Assembly (NCBI GenBank): GCA_041742785.1
Contig: JBGTOA010000032.1
Location: 6,145 to 70,144, forward strand
Reading direction: 5' to 3'
DNA length: 64,000 nucleotides
DNA from: Pyrinomonadaceae bacterium
GTDB lineage: Bacteria > Acidobacteriota > Blastocatellia > Pyrinomonadales > Pyrinomonadaceae
The position numbers and the translations under genes are program-made. Of this stretch, positions 53,874 to 63,727 are shown piece after piece. The notes beneath the pieces were generated by a model, which worked only from the letters and a program-made list of their open reading frames with translations, did no database searches and had not been told where the DNA came from. How positions within the stretch are numbered: the stretch's first letter is position 1; each line of letters starts with the position of its first letter.

Positions 53874-56800
53874 TCGGCCTGCGCGTCGTCAGGGTCGGCA
53901 TGTTCCAGACTTTCAATTTCTCGTTCCATTGCGGGACCGATTCCGAGATGAACTTATTCACTTCGGTCATCCGTGCGCGATAATCCGGCTCGACCTCCTC
54001 CAGGTACTGTCGTACAAAGACAGTGGGCGCCGCATTCGTCCCGTCGATCGCGCCGAAGATGTCTCCCAGCCGATTTGAGATTTGCGACCTTCCAGGAAAT
54101 CCCAGACCCTCGCTCGATCGAGCCAGACGATCCTGTTGCGCGTCGATCTGCTTCAGATAATCCTCGAGTGCTTTCGTCAGCTCCTTGTCGGACTCTTTAT
54201 TCAAAGTCCTGGCAGTCGTCTGCGTGTTTTTTAGTTGGGTCTCGAGGCTATCCAGAAATCGCAATGCGGTATTTACTGAACTCTGCATGTCCCGGACTTT
54301 CAACGCCAGTTCCAACTGAGCTTGTAGATCGCTTGCGGGGACCGTGATGGTCGGATCCAGTCGCACTTCCAACGGTTGTTCCAGTACTTGATCGCCGACT
54401 GTCACCTTAACGGTATAGCTTCCGGGCAAAGCCAGCGGACCTCGCGGCTGTCCGCGGAATTGCGTTTCTTCATCCGTGGGTAATCTCCGCAACTCAGCAG
54501 GGGTATGGCGAAGATTCCAGGCAACCCGATTCAGTCCCGCTTCTTTTGCAGGGCTTGCTAATTCCTGCACCAGCTTGTTTGCACGATCAAAAATCTGGAC
54601 CTTGAAAGTAGTCTTATCGTCCGGCTTGTTCTTTAAGTAATAAGTGATGAGCGAGCCATCCGGCGGATTGGGTCCCGTGAAAACTGCGTCGCCGATTCCG
54701 TAGCGCGTGAAGCGTGTAGCAAAGCGAAGCGCCGGTCGCACTGGAAAAAGATGCGCGGATTTTTCGAGCACCTGCGGTGTCATCTGCTGCACTGGCGTCG
54801 CATCGTCAAGAATCCAGATGCTGCGACCGTGTGTCGCCAGGATCAAATCGTTCTCCCGCGGATGCACGAGAATGTCGTGCACTGAGACGTGGGGCAAATT
54901 CTTCAAGTTCAGCCGAGCCCAACTCGTACCTCCGTCATAACTGGCAAACAGCCCCAGTTCGGTTCCCGCGTAAAGCAAATTGGGATTTTTGGGGTCTTCG
55001 CGAACGACCTGCACGTATGCCTTCAGCGGGAGGTTGCCACTAATGTTCTTCCAACTCTTTCCTCCATCCGCTGTCTTGAAGATGTAAGGACGAAAGTCGT
55101 CGAGCATGTGACGGTCAAACGCTGCATAAGCAAGTTGCGCGCTGGTTCGCGAGGCTTCGATCGCCGAGACAGGCGAGTTCGCAGCCAGCCCCGGGATGTT
55201 TCTGATTAGGTTCGTCCAGGTTTTTCCACCATCGTTGCTCAACTGCAAATTACCGTCGTCGGTGCCAGCCCAAATCTGGCTCTTCTGAATGGGTGATTCC
55301 GCTAACGTGATGATCGTCGTGTGGTACTCCGCGGTGGTGTTTTCGATGGCGATTGGCCCGCCGGCGTCTTTCTGCTTTGCAGGATCGTTTGTGGTTAAGT
55401 CCGGACTGATCTGTTCCCAGGTTTTCCCGAAATCGCCCGACCTAAAGACTACATTTCCACCAAAGTAGACCGTGCTGCGATTGTGCTGTGAAAGAATGAT
55501 TGGCGCATTCCAGTTGAAGCGAAACTTCTCGCCCTCGGCAGGGCCATCCCCGCTGCCTCTTCCCCACGGATTGATCTCCTGTTGTTCGCGGCTGCGCATG
55601 TCAGTACGCAAAATGTTTCCGCCTTGCGATTCAGAGATGTAGATCTCCGGATCGTCGGGATGATTGATTACGTAGAAGCCGTCTCCAAAACTAACCATCC
55701 GCCAGTCATCGTTCATGATCCCGGCCGGCTCCCGTGTGCGGCTTGGCCCGGTCCAGGTTCCGTTGTCTTGCAGCCCGCCCATCACGTAATAGAAGGGCAA
55801 ACGATTGTCAGCATGAAGCTGATAGAACTGTCCCAACGGAATGTTGTTTCTATAATCCCAGTTCTCGCCCCCATCATAGGAGACGGCGATGCCGCCATCC
55901 TGACCCTGCCACATCCTCCGTGGATTCTTTGGATCCAACCAAAGCGCGTGATAGTCAATATGTGTCCTGCCCGTGATTGAGCGAAACGATTTACCGCCAT
56001 CGATCGAGACAAGGAGTAACGTGGCAACCGCGAAGATCCGATTCTCGTTTGTGGGGTCGACGCGCACAGTGGCGTAGTAGAAGCCGCGCGAAACAATGCG
56101 AGTGTCTTTGGAGACTTGTTTAAAGGTCTCTCCCTTGTCGTCAGATCGGTAGAGGGTTCCCTCCTTTGACTCGACAGCTGCATAAACGACGTTGGGATTG
56201 CTTGGGGCCATCCTTACACCGATGCGTCCGAGCAGCTTGGGCAATCCCTTGGTGATTTTGCTCCAGGTGCGACCGCCGTCGATTGATCTATAGAACCCAC
56301 CCTTTTCACTGCCGCTGCGATGCGTCCACGGTTTGCGATCAAAACTCCACATGCCTGCATATAGAATGTTGGGGTTGGACGAATCCATCTCGAGATCAGA
56401 AACGCCGTGCTCTCGGTCGATGTAGAGGGTCTTCGTCCAGGTCTTCCCTCCGTCAGTAGTCATGAACACGCCGCGCTCTTCATTTGGCCCAAAGGCGTGG
56501 CCCAACGCGCCCACGTATACGATGTCAGGATTGGAAGGATGAATAGCAATCGCCGAGACATGCTCACTCTCTCTAAGCCCCATGTGCTGCCAGGTTTTTC
56601 CGGCGTCCGTCGATTTATAAACTCCATCGCCGAACGAGACGCTGTTGCGCACATTGGATTCGCCGGTGCCCACCCAGACTACGTCGGGATTGCTCGGAGC
56701 CAGCGCGATATCGCCGATCGAAAATGTGCCCTGGCGTTCAAAAATTGGCTTCCACGTCACGCCGCCGTTCGTTGTTTTCCAGAGTCCGCCCGACCCGGTT

Positions 56801-57054
56801 GCCGCATAGACGATATTGGGATCGCCGGGAACACCTTCCACGTCAGCGGTGCGTCCACCCATGTTCGCTGGTCCGATGCTCCGCCACTCCAGTCCCTCGA
56901 ACGCCGACTCAGTGGTCGCCCTTACCGGTGATGGGGACGGCGAGGGAGTAGCTGCCGGAGTCCTGGCAGTTTCTTCCTGACCGTGGACGGGCGTTTCGTG
57001 GCTGAGGAAAATAAGAAGCAGACCAAGAGCGGCAAACGAAGAGTTTCGACGCAT
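53863..57054 (-). CDS. BNR/Asp-box repeat, sortilin/VPS10-like (GH74-like fold) secreted protein
   Basis: 1063 aa with a signal peptide. Repeated S-x-D-x-G-x-T-W motifs include TTNGGVTWKPI, STDAGKTWQHM, TTDGGKTWTKT and SIDGGRTWSKI. Confidence 0.88.
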   Translation of the reverse strand: MRRNSSFAALGLLLIFLSHETPVHGQEETARTPAATPSPSPSPVRATTESAFEGLEWRSIGPANMGGRTADVEGVPGDPNIVYAATGSGGLWKTTNGGVTWKPIFERQGTFSIGDIALAPSNPDVVWVGTGESNVRNSVSFGDGVYKSTDAGKTWQHMGLRESEHVSAIAIHPSNPDIVYVGALGHAFGPNEERGVFMTTDGGKTWTKTLYIDREHGVSDLEMDSSNPNILYAGMWSFDRKPWTHRSGSEKGGFYRSIDGGRTWSKITKGLPKLLGRIGVRMAPSNPNVVYAAVESKEGTLYRSDDKGETFKQVSKDTRIVSRGFYYATVRVDPTNENRIFAVATLLLVSIDGGKSFRSITGRTHIDYHALWLDPKNPRRMWQGQDGGIAVSYDGGENWDYRNNIPLGQFYQLHADNRLPFYYVMGGLQDNGTWTGPSRTREPAGIMNDDWRMVSFGDGFYVINHPDDPEIYISESQGGNILRTDMRSREQQEINPWGRGSGDGPAEGEKFRFNWNAPIILSQHNRSTVYFGGNVVFRSGDFGKTWEQISPDLTTNDPAKQKDAGGPIAIENTTAEYHTTIITLAESPIQKSQIWAGTDDGNLQLSNDGGKTWTNLIRNIPGLAANSPVSAIEASRTSAQLAYAAFDRHMLDDFRPYIFKTADGGKSWKNISGNLPLKAYVQVVREDPKNPNLLYAGTELGLFASYDGGTSWARLNLKNLPHVSVHDILVHPRENDLILATHGRSIWILDDATPVQQMTPQVLEKSAHLFPVRPALRFATRFTRYGIGDAVFTGPNPPDGSLITYYLKNKPDDKTTFKVQIFDRANKLVQELASPAKEAGLNRVAWNLRHTPAELRRLPTDEETQFRGQPRGPLALPGSYTVKVTVGDQVLEQPLEVRLDPTITVPASDLQAQLELALKVRDMQSSVNTALRFLDSLETQLKNTQTTARTLNKESDKELTKALEDYLKQIDAQQDRLARSSEGLGFPGRSQISNRLGDIFGAIDGTNAAPTVFVRQYLEEVEPDYRARMTEVNKFISESVPQWNEKLKVWNMPTLTTRRPIEF

Positions 57055-57194
57055 AAAGGATCTCCCGAACTGATGTTGTGTAGAAGGTAGACGGAAACTA
57101 AGTGGAACTCAGGCCGCACAGTTTAGCATTAGTCAGCAAGTCAGACATTCCTTCTATCCGTTTCACCCGCGGCATGATCGCGTACGCCGGAAGA

Positions 57195-57209
57195 GACAGA
57201 ATGTCTGTC
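57195..57209. repeat. GACAGA-atg-TCTGTC palindrome, short member of the GACAGRCA family
   Basis: It lies in the divergent intergenic region between 57054 and 57261. Confidence 0.5.
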
Positions 57210-57260
57210 GTACAAAGTATGGTAGTCTCTCGACACTCAAAAGCCGGAGGTCTTTTATCA

Positions 57261-57743
57261 ATGTTCACCTTATCGAGACTGATAACCATCTTCTCCGTTT
57301 CACTAGTGCTCAGTTCAGCCGTTATTACCGTTGTTGGTCAGGGCGGCGGAAGACTCGAAGGCGGAGGAGTCGCCACTGGGCCAAGAACACCTGAGCGGGG
57401 TTCACCAGAGCGCAAGGCAATTGTTGATGCGCTGCGTCCGCCTACTCAAAAGCAACTCAAACAACCGGTCATCTTTAGAATCGATCACTTGAAAGTGCAG
57501 AAGGGCTGGGCGTTCGTGCGCGCCTACCCACAAAAACCTGATGGCGGCGAGATCGACTACTCCAACACGGTTTACCAGGAGGCGATTGACGATGGCGCTT
57601 TCGACGGAGGCGTGATCGCACTTTTGAAAAGTGTGAACGGGAAATGGCGGGTAGTAGAGTTTGTTATTGGCGCAACCGACGTGCCCTGGGTCGATTGGGA
57701 CAAGAAACACAAAGCACCTAAAGAAATTTTCAAGATTGAGTAA
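57261..57743 (+). CDS. secreted hypothetical protein
   Basis: The ATG at 57261 is 10 nt after GGAGG. The signal-like N-terminus is MFTLSRLITIFSVSLVLSSAVITVVG. The ORF track start at 57102 is less likely. Confidence 0.6.
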   Translation: MFTLSRLITIFSVSLVLSSAVITVVGQGGGRLEGGGVATGPRTPERGSPERKAIVDALRPPTQKQLKQPVIFRIDHLKVQKGWAFVRAYPQKPDGGEIDYSNTVYQEAIDDGAFDGGVIALLKSVNGKWRVVEFVIGATDVPWVDWDKKHKAPKEIFKIE

Positions 57744-57819
57744 GCGCAGCGTCGGAGAGGCGGTTGTCAACAGCCAGCAAAAGGCGGTATAACGTCGCAC
57801 CACCAGTCTTGAATAGCCG

Positions 57820-58359
57820 TTGAGGAGAACCCCCCGTTTGCCACAGAGCCGACATCGAAAAACTGGAAAGGCCAGGAAAAAACCCAAGGGCACCTACGCG
57901 CCAACCGCTACCGGCCCACGTAGCGGGAAGAACCGTTCAGTGCGGATCATCGCGATCATTATCGTAGTTGCTCTGGCGGCATCGGTGATTGCCCTGGTGA
58001 TCAGTAACCGCGGAAGCTCTTCTGAAGTGGTCACTCCATCCGGCTTGAGGTATACCGATTTGGAGGTCGGAACCGGCGCCACCCCAATCAGCGGACAGAC
58101 TGTTACGGTTCACTATACGGGGTCGTTGGAGAGTGGCAGGCAGTTTGACAGCTCGCTCAACCGCGGCCCCGCTGACTTTCGTATCGGTGTAGGGGCGGTG
58201 ATCAAGGGTTGGGACGAAGGCTTGATGACGATGAAGGTGGGAGGCAAGCGCAAGCTGGTGGTTCCCGCAGCGCTTGGGTACGGCCCAGCAGGACGTCCGC
58301 CTGACATCCCGGGAAATGCGACATTGATATTTGAAGTCGAGTTGCTTGGTGTGAAGTAA
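57820..58359 (+). CDS. FKBP-type peptidyl-prolyl cis-trans isomerase with an N-terminal membrane anchor
   Basis: [38 protein letters not shown]...[28 protein letters not shown]...[10 protein letters not shown]. The start is uncertain (TTG 57820, or a GTG near 57940). Confidence 0.88.
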   Translation: MRRTPRLPQSRHRKTGKARKKPKGTYAPTATGPRSGKNRSVRIIAIIIVVALAASVIALVISNRGSSSEVVTPSGLRYTDLEVGTGATPISGQTVTVHYTGSLESGRQFDSSLNRGPADFRIGVGAVIKGWDEGLMTMKVGGKRKLVVPAALGYGPAGRPPDIPGNATLIFEVELLGVK

Positions 58360-58384
58360 TCCCCATAGTAAGAGAAATAATGGT

Positions 58385-58412
58385 AGGGCGTCCCGGCGGG
58401 CGCCCTCATTTG
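58385..58412 (+). terminator. probable rho-independent terminator
   Basis: agggcg...cgccct stem followed by catttgtg. Confidence 0.5.
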
Positions 58413-58644
58413 TGAAGGCCGCCGTCACCGGTCGAATCATGATCGGGAGCGCTAGCGACCGGGCAAATTGCAAAGAAAGATCTTAAGACCCTGAGGTTTG
58501 CTCAGGGTTATTGCGTCCCTCTTAACTACTCGATAGCGACCCGGTAACCTCAAGCGAACCGAGGCCGTTTCCGCGTTTGCTCCTGAGCAAGGGCGGCGTT
58601 AATCTGATTCCCACCGGAACCGACAATTCGAGAGAGAGAAGCAA

Positions 58645-59949
58645 ATGAGTAGCGACACTCTGACTATTACCGACAATCGCACGGGACAGCAGTACGAACT
58701 TCCCATCGAACACGGAACCATTAAAGCGATGGACCTGCGCCAGATCAAAACTGCCGACGATGATTTTGGACTGATGACTTACGACCCGGCTTTTATGAAT
58801 ACGGCGTCGTGCAAGAGCCGCATCACCTTCATCGACGGTGACAAGGGCATTCTGGAATACCGAGGCTATCCGATCGACCAACTTGCCGAGAAGAGCACTT
58901 ATCTGGAAGTGGCTTACCTGCTTTTAAAAGGCGAGTTGCCGACCGAATCAGAACTGACTGAGTTTACCCGCGACATCACTTATCACACCTTCATCAACGA
59001 GAACATCAAGAAAGTTATCGACGGGTTTCATTACAACGCCCATCCGATGGGAATGTTTGAAGCCACCCTGGGAGCGCTTTCCACTTTTTATCCTGACGCG
59101 AAAGACATCTTTAATGCTGAGTGTCGCCGGCGGCAGATTCATCGGTTGATCGCAAAGGTGCCTACGATTGCCGCGTTTGCTTACCGGCACCGGATCGGAA
59201 TGCGTTACGCCTATCCCGATAACGATCTGAGCTATGAAGGCAATTTTCTCAACATGATGTTCAAGACCACGGAGTTGAAGTATCAGCCGAACCCGGTGCT
59301 CGAGCGAGCGTTGAACGTGCTTTACATCCTGCATGCCGATCACGAACAGAATTGCAGTACGCACACGATGCGCAGCATTGGCAGCGCGCAGACCGATCCG
59401 TTTTCCTCATTGGCCGGCGCGGCCGCAGCACTGTATGGCCCATTGCACGGCGGTGCGAATGAGATGGTGCTGCGGATGCTGAATGAGATTGGCTCAGTGG
59501 ACAAAGTTTCGGGGTACATCAAACGCGTCAAGGCGGGCGAAATGAAATTGATGGGATTTGGCCATCGCGTCTACAAGAACTACGATCCGCGCGCACGAAT
59601 TATCAAGCAGGTTGCTGATGAGGTCTTTGAAGTCACGGGTAAGGATCCGTTGCTGGACATTGCGTTGGAGTTGGAGCGGATTGCGCTGGAGGACGATTAT
59701 TTCGTGAAGCGCAGACTCTATCCGAACGTAGATTTCTATTCGGGAATTATTTATCAGGCGATGCGGTTCCCGGTAGACATGTTCCCGGTGCTGTTTGCAA
59801 TTCCGCGCACTTCCGGCTGGCTGGCGCAGTGGGTCGAGTTACTGCAGGACACTGAGCAGAAGATCGCGCGTCCCCGACAGGTATATTTGGGGAGCCCTAC
59901 GCGGGACTATGTGCCTATGGAGAAAAGAGTGCTGAGTACTGAGTCCTGA
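58645..59949 (+). CDS. gltA: citrate synthase
   Basis: 434 aa with ...LHADHEQNCSTHT..., GPLHGGANE and GFGHRVYKNYDPRA. Confidence 0.93.
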   Translation: MSSDTLTITDNRTGQQYELPIEHGTIKAMDLRQIKTADDDFGLMTYDPAFMNTASCKSRITFIDGDKGILEYRGYPIDQLAEKSTYLEVAYLLLKGELPTESELTEFTRDITYHTFINENIKKVIDGFHYNAHPMGMFEATLGALSTFYPDAKDIFNAECRRRQIHRLIAKVPTIAAFAYRHRIGMRYAYPDNDLSYEGNFLNMMFKTTELKYQPNPVLERALNVLYILHADHEQNCSTHTMRSIGSAQTDPFSSLAGAAAALYGPLHGGANEMVLRMLNEIGSVDKVSGYIKRVKAGEMKLMGFGHRVYKNYDPRARIIKQVADEVFEVTGKDPLLDIALELERIALEDDYFVKRRLYPNVDFYSGIIYQAMRFPVDMFPVLFAIPRTSGWLAQWVELLQDTEQKIARPRQVYLGSPTRDYVPMEKRVLSTES

Positions 59950-59961
59950 GTGGGGGAGGGA

Positions 59962-60117
59962 AGTTTCAAGTTTCAAGTTTCAAGTTGTTCTTCTTTAAGA
60001 TCTGAAATCTGAGATCTCAGATAATCTCAGATCGCAAATAATCGCATATCTCAGAAGACCGGAGACCTTTGAGACCTGAAGCCTGAAACGTGAGACCAAA
60101 GACCAAAGACCAAAGAC
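59962..60117. repeat. composite simple-repeat/palindrome spacer (AGTTTCA x3, 12-nt palindrome CTGAGATCTCAG, GACCAAA x3)
   Basis: agtttca x3 occurs at 59962-59986. ctgagatctcag occurs at 60009-60020. gaccaaa x3 occurs at ~60094-60117. Partial complementarity lies between the gtttcaag repeats and cctgaagcctgaaac. Confidence 0.7.
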
Positions 60118-60176
60118 CTTCTTCTCCATCGCGTTTGCCGATTCCCTGTTAACGATTTATATTACCCACACCTCAA

Positions 60177-60253
60177 GCACCTGTAGCTCAGTTGGATAGA
60201 GCGTCTGACTTCGAATCAGAAGGTCGCAGGTTCGAGCCCTGCCGGGTGCACCA
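60177..60253 (+). tRNA. tRNA-Arg (anticodon UCG), CCA encoded
   Basis: GCACCTG TA GCTC AGTTGGATA GAGC G TCTGA CTTCGAA TCAGA AGGTC GCAGG TTCGAGC CCTGC CGGGTGC A CCA. This is a 77-nt cloverleaf folded by hand. Confidence 0.9.
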
Positions 60254-60749
60254 ATCCCATCAACAACTTACCAGCGCTATATCTCTTCGGAGACAGGGTG
60301 TTTGTGTGCTATGGTGTGCCAACCGTTGAAAATTCGCGTGAGGAAGAGCCCTCGTCGGCGTCTCTAAGCGAGGGCTTCAGGGGAGATTTGAATTAAGACT
60401 GTTCTGAAGTCTTAAAATGCTAGTTGTTGGGTCTACGACCTAGAAAGACCTAAGAAAACCTAGAAAGAGAATCCGAGCACGGGGAACTGTAGTGCCTACA
60501 GATGTCCCCATTGTTCCCAACTCTAGGCACTACGGGCGGGGCACCGTCTCGCTTGTCTTTGCTTGTATCTGAACGCGATCGCATTCGTCGAGGTCAAGTT
60601 CTGCAAGCTTGGCGTCTGCCTGTTTCCAGAAGCCCTCGGCGTGTGACGTACGCGCGAAAGGGGTTAAAATTGCTTGCACTTGATCTCCGCCGCAAGGCTG
60701 GGCCGGATCGAGCCTTTAGCAGTCTGAACCAACGAAAGGAACATGACAC

Positions 60750-61028
60750 ATGGCGATCATCGTGCATTTCTCGCCGAGCGGATTGGACAAGTCGAAATAC
60801 GACGATGCAATTCGTCGCCTCGAGCAAGCTGGAGAAGGCAGTCCACCCGGACGTCTATATCACTGCGTTTATGACTCCGGCGGGGCTCTCAAGGTAGTTG
60901 AAGTATGGGATTCCCAGCAGTCCCACGAGCGACATGGTCAGACGATCAGGCCGATCTTGAAGTCCGTTGGCATCGACGCTGGTCAGCCCGTGGTCAGTCC
61001 GGCGCACAACGTGATCTCCGGCCAATAG
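60750..61028 (+). CDS. small hypothetical protein
   Basis: 92-aa ORF. I recognise no family. Confidence 0.45.
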   Translation: MAIIVHFSPSGLDKSKYDDAIRRLEQAGEGSPPGRLYHCVYDSGGALKVVEVWDSQQSHERHGQTIRPILKSVGIDAGQPVVSPAHNVISGQ

Positions 61029-61073
61029 GAACGCCCGCTGGCGTCGCTACTGCCAGAGCATGCGCTTGGCTTG

Positions 61074-61499
61074 ATGGGTGGGGTGGAAGCAAAGATTCTT
61101 GCCGCGCGCTGGTTGAGTCATGTTCGGTCTCCCGAGAATACCGCCGGGAGCTATCATTACAAATACGCTAGTGGTCACGAAGGCGATTCCGCTCTCGCTG
61201 GGTTTGCCGTGCGTGGAAGTGAGTTGGTTGTGTACATCGCGGCGGGCTTCGAAGGTCGTGACGTCTTGTTGGCCAGGCTCGGAAAGCTCAAGACTGGCAA
61301 GGTATGTGTCTACATCAGGCGCCTGGCCAACGTCGATCTAAAGGTCCTGGAAACGTTGGTAGCCCGATCGGTAGCTGAGTCGAAGCGTCGACGCAACTCA
61401 CTCTACACAGAAGTAGCCGCCGCACTAATTCTTAAGACGTTTAAGACATTACTGCGTGACTATTACCTTGACTCGTTTATAGCGAGTCAAAGGCGGTGA
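61074..61499 (+). CDS. DUF1801-like protein, apparently lacking the usual N-terminal ~50 aa
   Basis: GSYHYKYASGHEGDSALAGF...LVVYIAAGFEGRDVLLARLGKLKTGKVCVYIRRLANVDLKVLETLVARSV matches my recollection of the DUF1801 C-terminal core. The 3' end overlaps the convergent gene by 51 nt. Confidence 0.4.
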   Translation: MGGVEAKILAARWLSHVRSPENTAGSYHYKYASGHEGDSALAGFAVRGSELVVYIAAGFEGRDVLLARLGKLKTGKVCVYIRRLANVDLKVLETLVARSVAESKRRRNSLYTEVAAALILKTFKTLLRDYYLDSFIASQRR

Positions 61500-62924
61500 C
61501 CCACGATCAGTTACCTTCAAGATGAAATGCAGTTCTTCGTTCTTTTCCACTTGGGGTGCAAAGACATTGACCCGAGCCATGTTCTCAGCACTGTGAATTT
61601 TGACCTCCTGATGCTTCATGCTGCCAGCTTCCGGGTAATTGAACCACCAAAACATTACACTGTCTCCATCTGGGTCATAAGAGCCTCGTGCATCCAAGTG
61701 GAAGTAGCTGCCAGATTTAACCGTTAAGTTCTCTGGGTGTTTAAGGACTGGTATGGGTGGGTGATTCGCTTCAGCATAGGGCAGGACAGTCCAATCCATG
61801 CGCGCGGCGAAATCATTTTGGAATTCTTCTCGCCAACGCCAAAGCGTGACTCGGTAGTCTGTAAATATCTTTTCACCCGGCTTAAGCGAACGACCATAAT
61901 CAGAATGAGTTGGTGGTGCATACTTGTCGATCGCATTGCTCCATATTGGCCTGGTTTCAGGTTCTACCGATACTCCTCCGGTAAATCCTTTTGGATCGGT
62001 ATCTTCCAACTTAGGCACATACAATTCGTATCGGCCGCCCCATCCGCCTAATTCCGGATGCTCAGGGTTATTCAAACCGTTTGGGATTAGGTTAAGCCAG
62101 GAGGGCGTATCACCTTCCATCCCATAGGCGACATCCGGGTACATATTACCGAGCGGACCGTGGGACTGCTGAATATTTTCTGCAAGCCATTTATTGCTAA
62201 TAGTGGTGTTATCTATGCCATCGACGACCGAATTGATAGCAGTCCAGGTTGCCGCGCCATAGCCACCCGGACTTACTATATAGAAAAGCTCAGGGTAGTT
62301 CTTGCGAATCCAGGCTCCGGAGTCGTCCTGATCGGATATTGTATAAACACGAAGCTTGCCAATCAGATGTTTTAATTCATCCTCGTCTCTGGTAGCACTT
62401 AGGGTGTACAGCGCTTGGGCGAGAGTATTTACTCCCCCCCAAACTGAAATCCAGAGCGGTCTGTCATCTTCGCGTTCTAATACTTTTATGATCCAGTCTG
62501 ATCCCTCTGAATTATTACCTGGACCAACACCTTTCATGCCATAAACCGGTAGCCCTTGTTTAACCAAAGCTCGGAGCTCGTGCATTTTCGGAAAACCATC
62601 TTCGTGTTTTAAGAGGTTATCTCTGACCTTCCCGTAGGCATCGATTATCCGATGAATCGATTCGGGTGCTACCATGGCTTTTTGATGCACGGAAGTGGTT
62701 GCAACCAGTCCCTCCAAATCAATTTGATTCGAATAAACTAATAAACGAACCAAGCTCTGAGCATCATCTGGATCGGCTTCTATATCGGTTAGCACAAGCA
62801 AGCGGTGGCGAGGCACTGACTTTTGTGATTCGAGACCAGTCTTATCTACTGCTGAAAGTGGGAAGAATATAAGTATGGAAATTGCTATAGCGAAGCATTT
62901 TGAGAAAGGATATGAATGGGGCAT
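61449..62924 (-). CDS. DUF1593 (nucleoside-hydrolase-like) domain protein, secreted
   Basis: RLLVLTDIEADPDDAQSLVRLLVYSNQIDLEGLVATTS, followed by a C-terminal Ig-like region. Confidence 0.75.
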   Translation of the reverse strand: MPHSYPFSKCFAIAISILIFFPLSAVDKTGLESQKSVPRHRLLVLTDIEADPDDAQSLVRLLVYSNQIDLEGLVATTSVHQKAMVAPESIHRIIDAYGKVRDNLLKHEDGFPKMHELRALVKQGLPVYGMKGVGPGNNSEGSDWIIKVLEREDDRPLWISVWGGVNTLAQALYTLSATRDEDELKHLIGKLRVYTISDQDDSGAWIRKNYPELFYIVSPGGYGAATWTAINSVVDGIDNTTISNKWLAENIQQSHGPLGNMYPDVAYGMEGDTPSWLNLIPNGLNNPEHPELGGWGGRYELYVPKLEDTDPKGFTGGVSVEPETRPIWSNAIDKYAPPTHSDYGRSLKPGEKIFTDYRVTLWRWREEFQNDFAARMDWTVLPYAEANHPPIPVLKHPENLTVKSGSYFHLDARGSYDPDGDSVMFWWFNYPEAGSMKHQEVKIHSAENMARVNVFAPQVEKNEELHFILKVTDRGSPPLTRYKRVKVIVTQ

Positions 62925-63166
62925 TTAATGACCGTTGACTATATAAGTTTTATCACGATCAAAACAATTTGTTTTCAAGGTTAATTTTTCTACAAGCCGC
63001 GACTTATCGAAGACCGCATGAGCGTAGCCGTTTATGTACAGCGCAGCTTTCAACCCATCTTACCAGACAACTTGCACTCGAGAAGGCTTGTCCTTCATGA
63101 TCAGATCCAACCGGCGAGTATGTGAACTTCACTTTCGGCATAACGGTAGCGTGCTTTTCAAGTAAC

Positions 63167-63219
63167 CTTTTGCCTTCGGCTCGGATGCTGATCGCGCGCC
63201 GCAGCTGAAGGCTATCGTT
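63167..63219 (+). repeat. ~53-bp direct repeat, copy 1
   Basis: cttttgccttcggctcggatgctgatcgcgcgccgcagctgaaggctatcgtt recurs at 63626-63679 with a few mismatches. Confidence 0.8.
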
Positions 63220-63253
63220 GGGCTGCTGGGTTGATGGTAGATGAGGTGAGGCC

Positions 63254-63568
63254 GTGTTGAGTCGCGCATTATTCGGCGTTGGATTCTCGCTTAGCTTACT
63301 TCTGTTCGCGGTGGCGAATATTTACAGCTACGCTATGGTTGAGCCCCCTTGCTGTGACATGTTCGGCCCGTTCGGTTTCCCTCTCGCGTTGGGGAGATAC
63401 GGCGGTTTTGTCGGCAGCACAAGCTTTATTTTGCCGGGGTTGATTGCCGACGCAGTGATCTGTCTGTTGGCGAGTGTCATCTCGGGTCTGGCGTTCGAGA
63501 AGGTGCTGCCGCGCATCTTCGCGCTGGCTGGCGGCGTGGCTGCATGGCACACCAGAACTCGCCTATGA
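63254..63568 (+). CDS. small integral membrane protein, hypothetical
   Basis: 104 aa with three hydrophobic segments. Confidence 0.5.
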   Translation: MLSRALFGVGFSLSLLLFAVANIYSYAMVEPPCCDMFGPFGFPLALGRYGGFVGSTSFILPGLIADAVICLLASVISGLAFEKVLPRIFALAGGVAAWHTRTRL

Positions 63569-63625
63569 TGGTCGCCGCCGAACGAAGCCTTGCGGCTGAC
63601 GACGCGATAGCATCCTTCGAGTAGT

Positions 63626-63679
63626 CTTTTGCCGTTCAGCTCGGATGCTGATCGCGCGCCGCAGCTGAAGGCCGTCGTT
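63626..63679 (+). repeat. ~53-bp direct repeat, copy 2
   Basis: cttttgccgttcagctcggatgctgatcgcgcgccgcagctgaaggccgtcgtt. Confidence 0.8.
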
Positions 63680-63727
63680 ATGCGGAACAATTTCGGGTGG
63701 CAGAATGTCTAAACGCAGGGGGCGCTT

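Noticed and set aside
59950-60130. Possible CRISPR-like array from the repeated short units
   Set aside because: The repeat units are only 7-12 nt, contiguous and without spacers. This is simple tandem or palindromic sequence, not a CRISPR array, and no cas genes are in the window.
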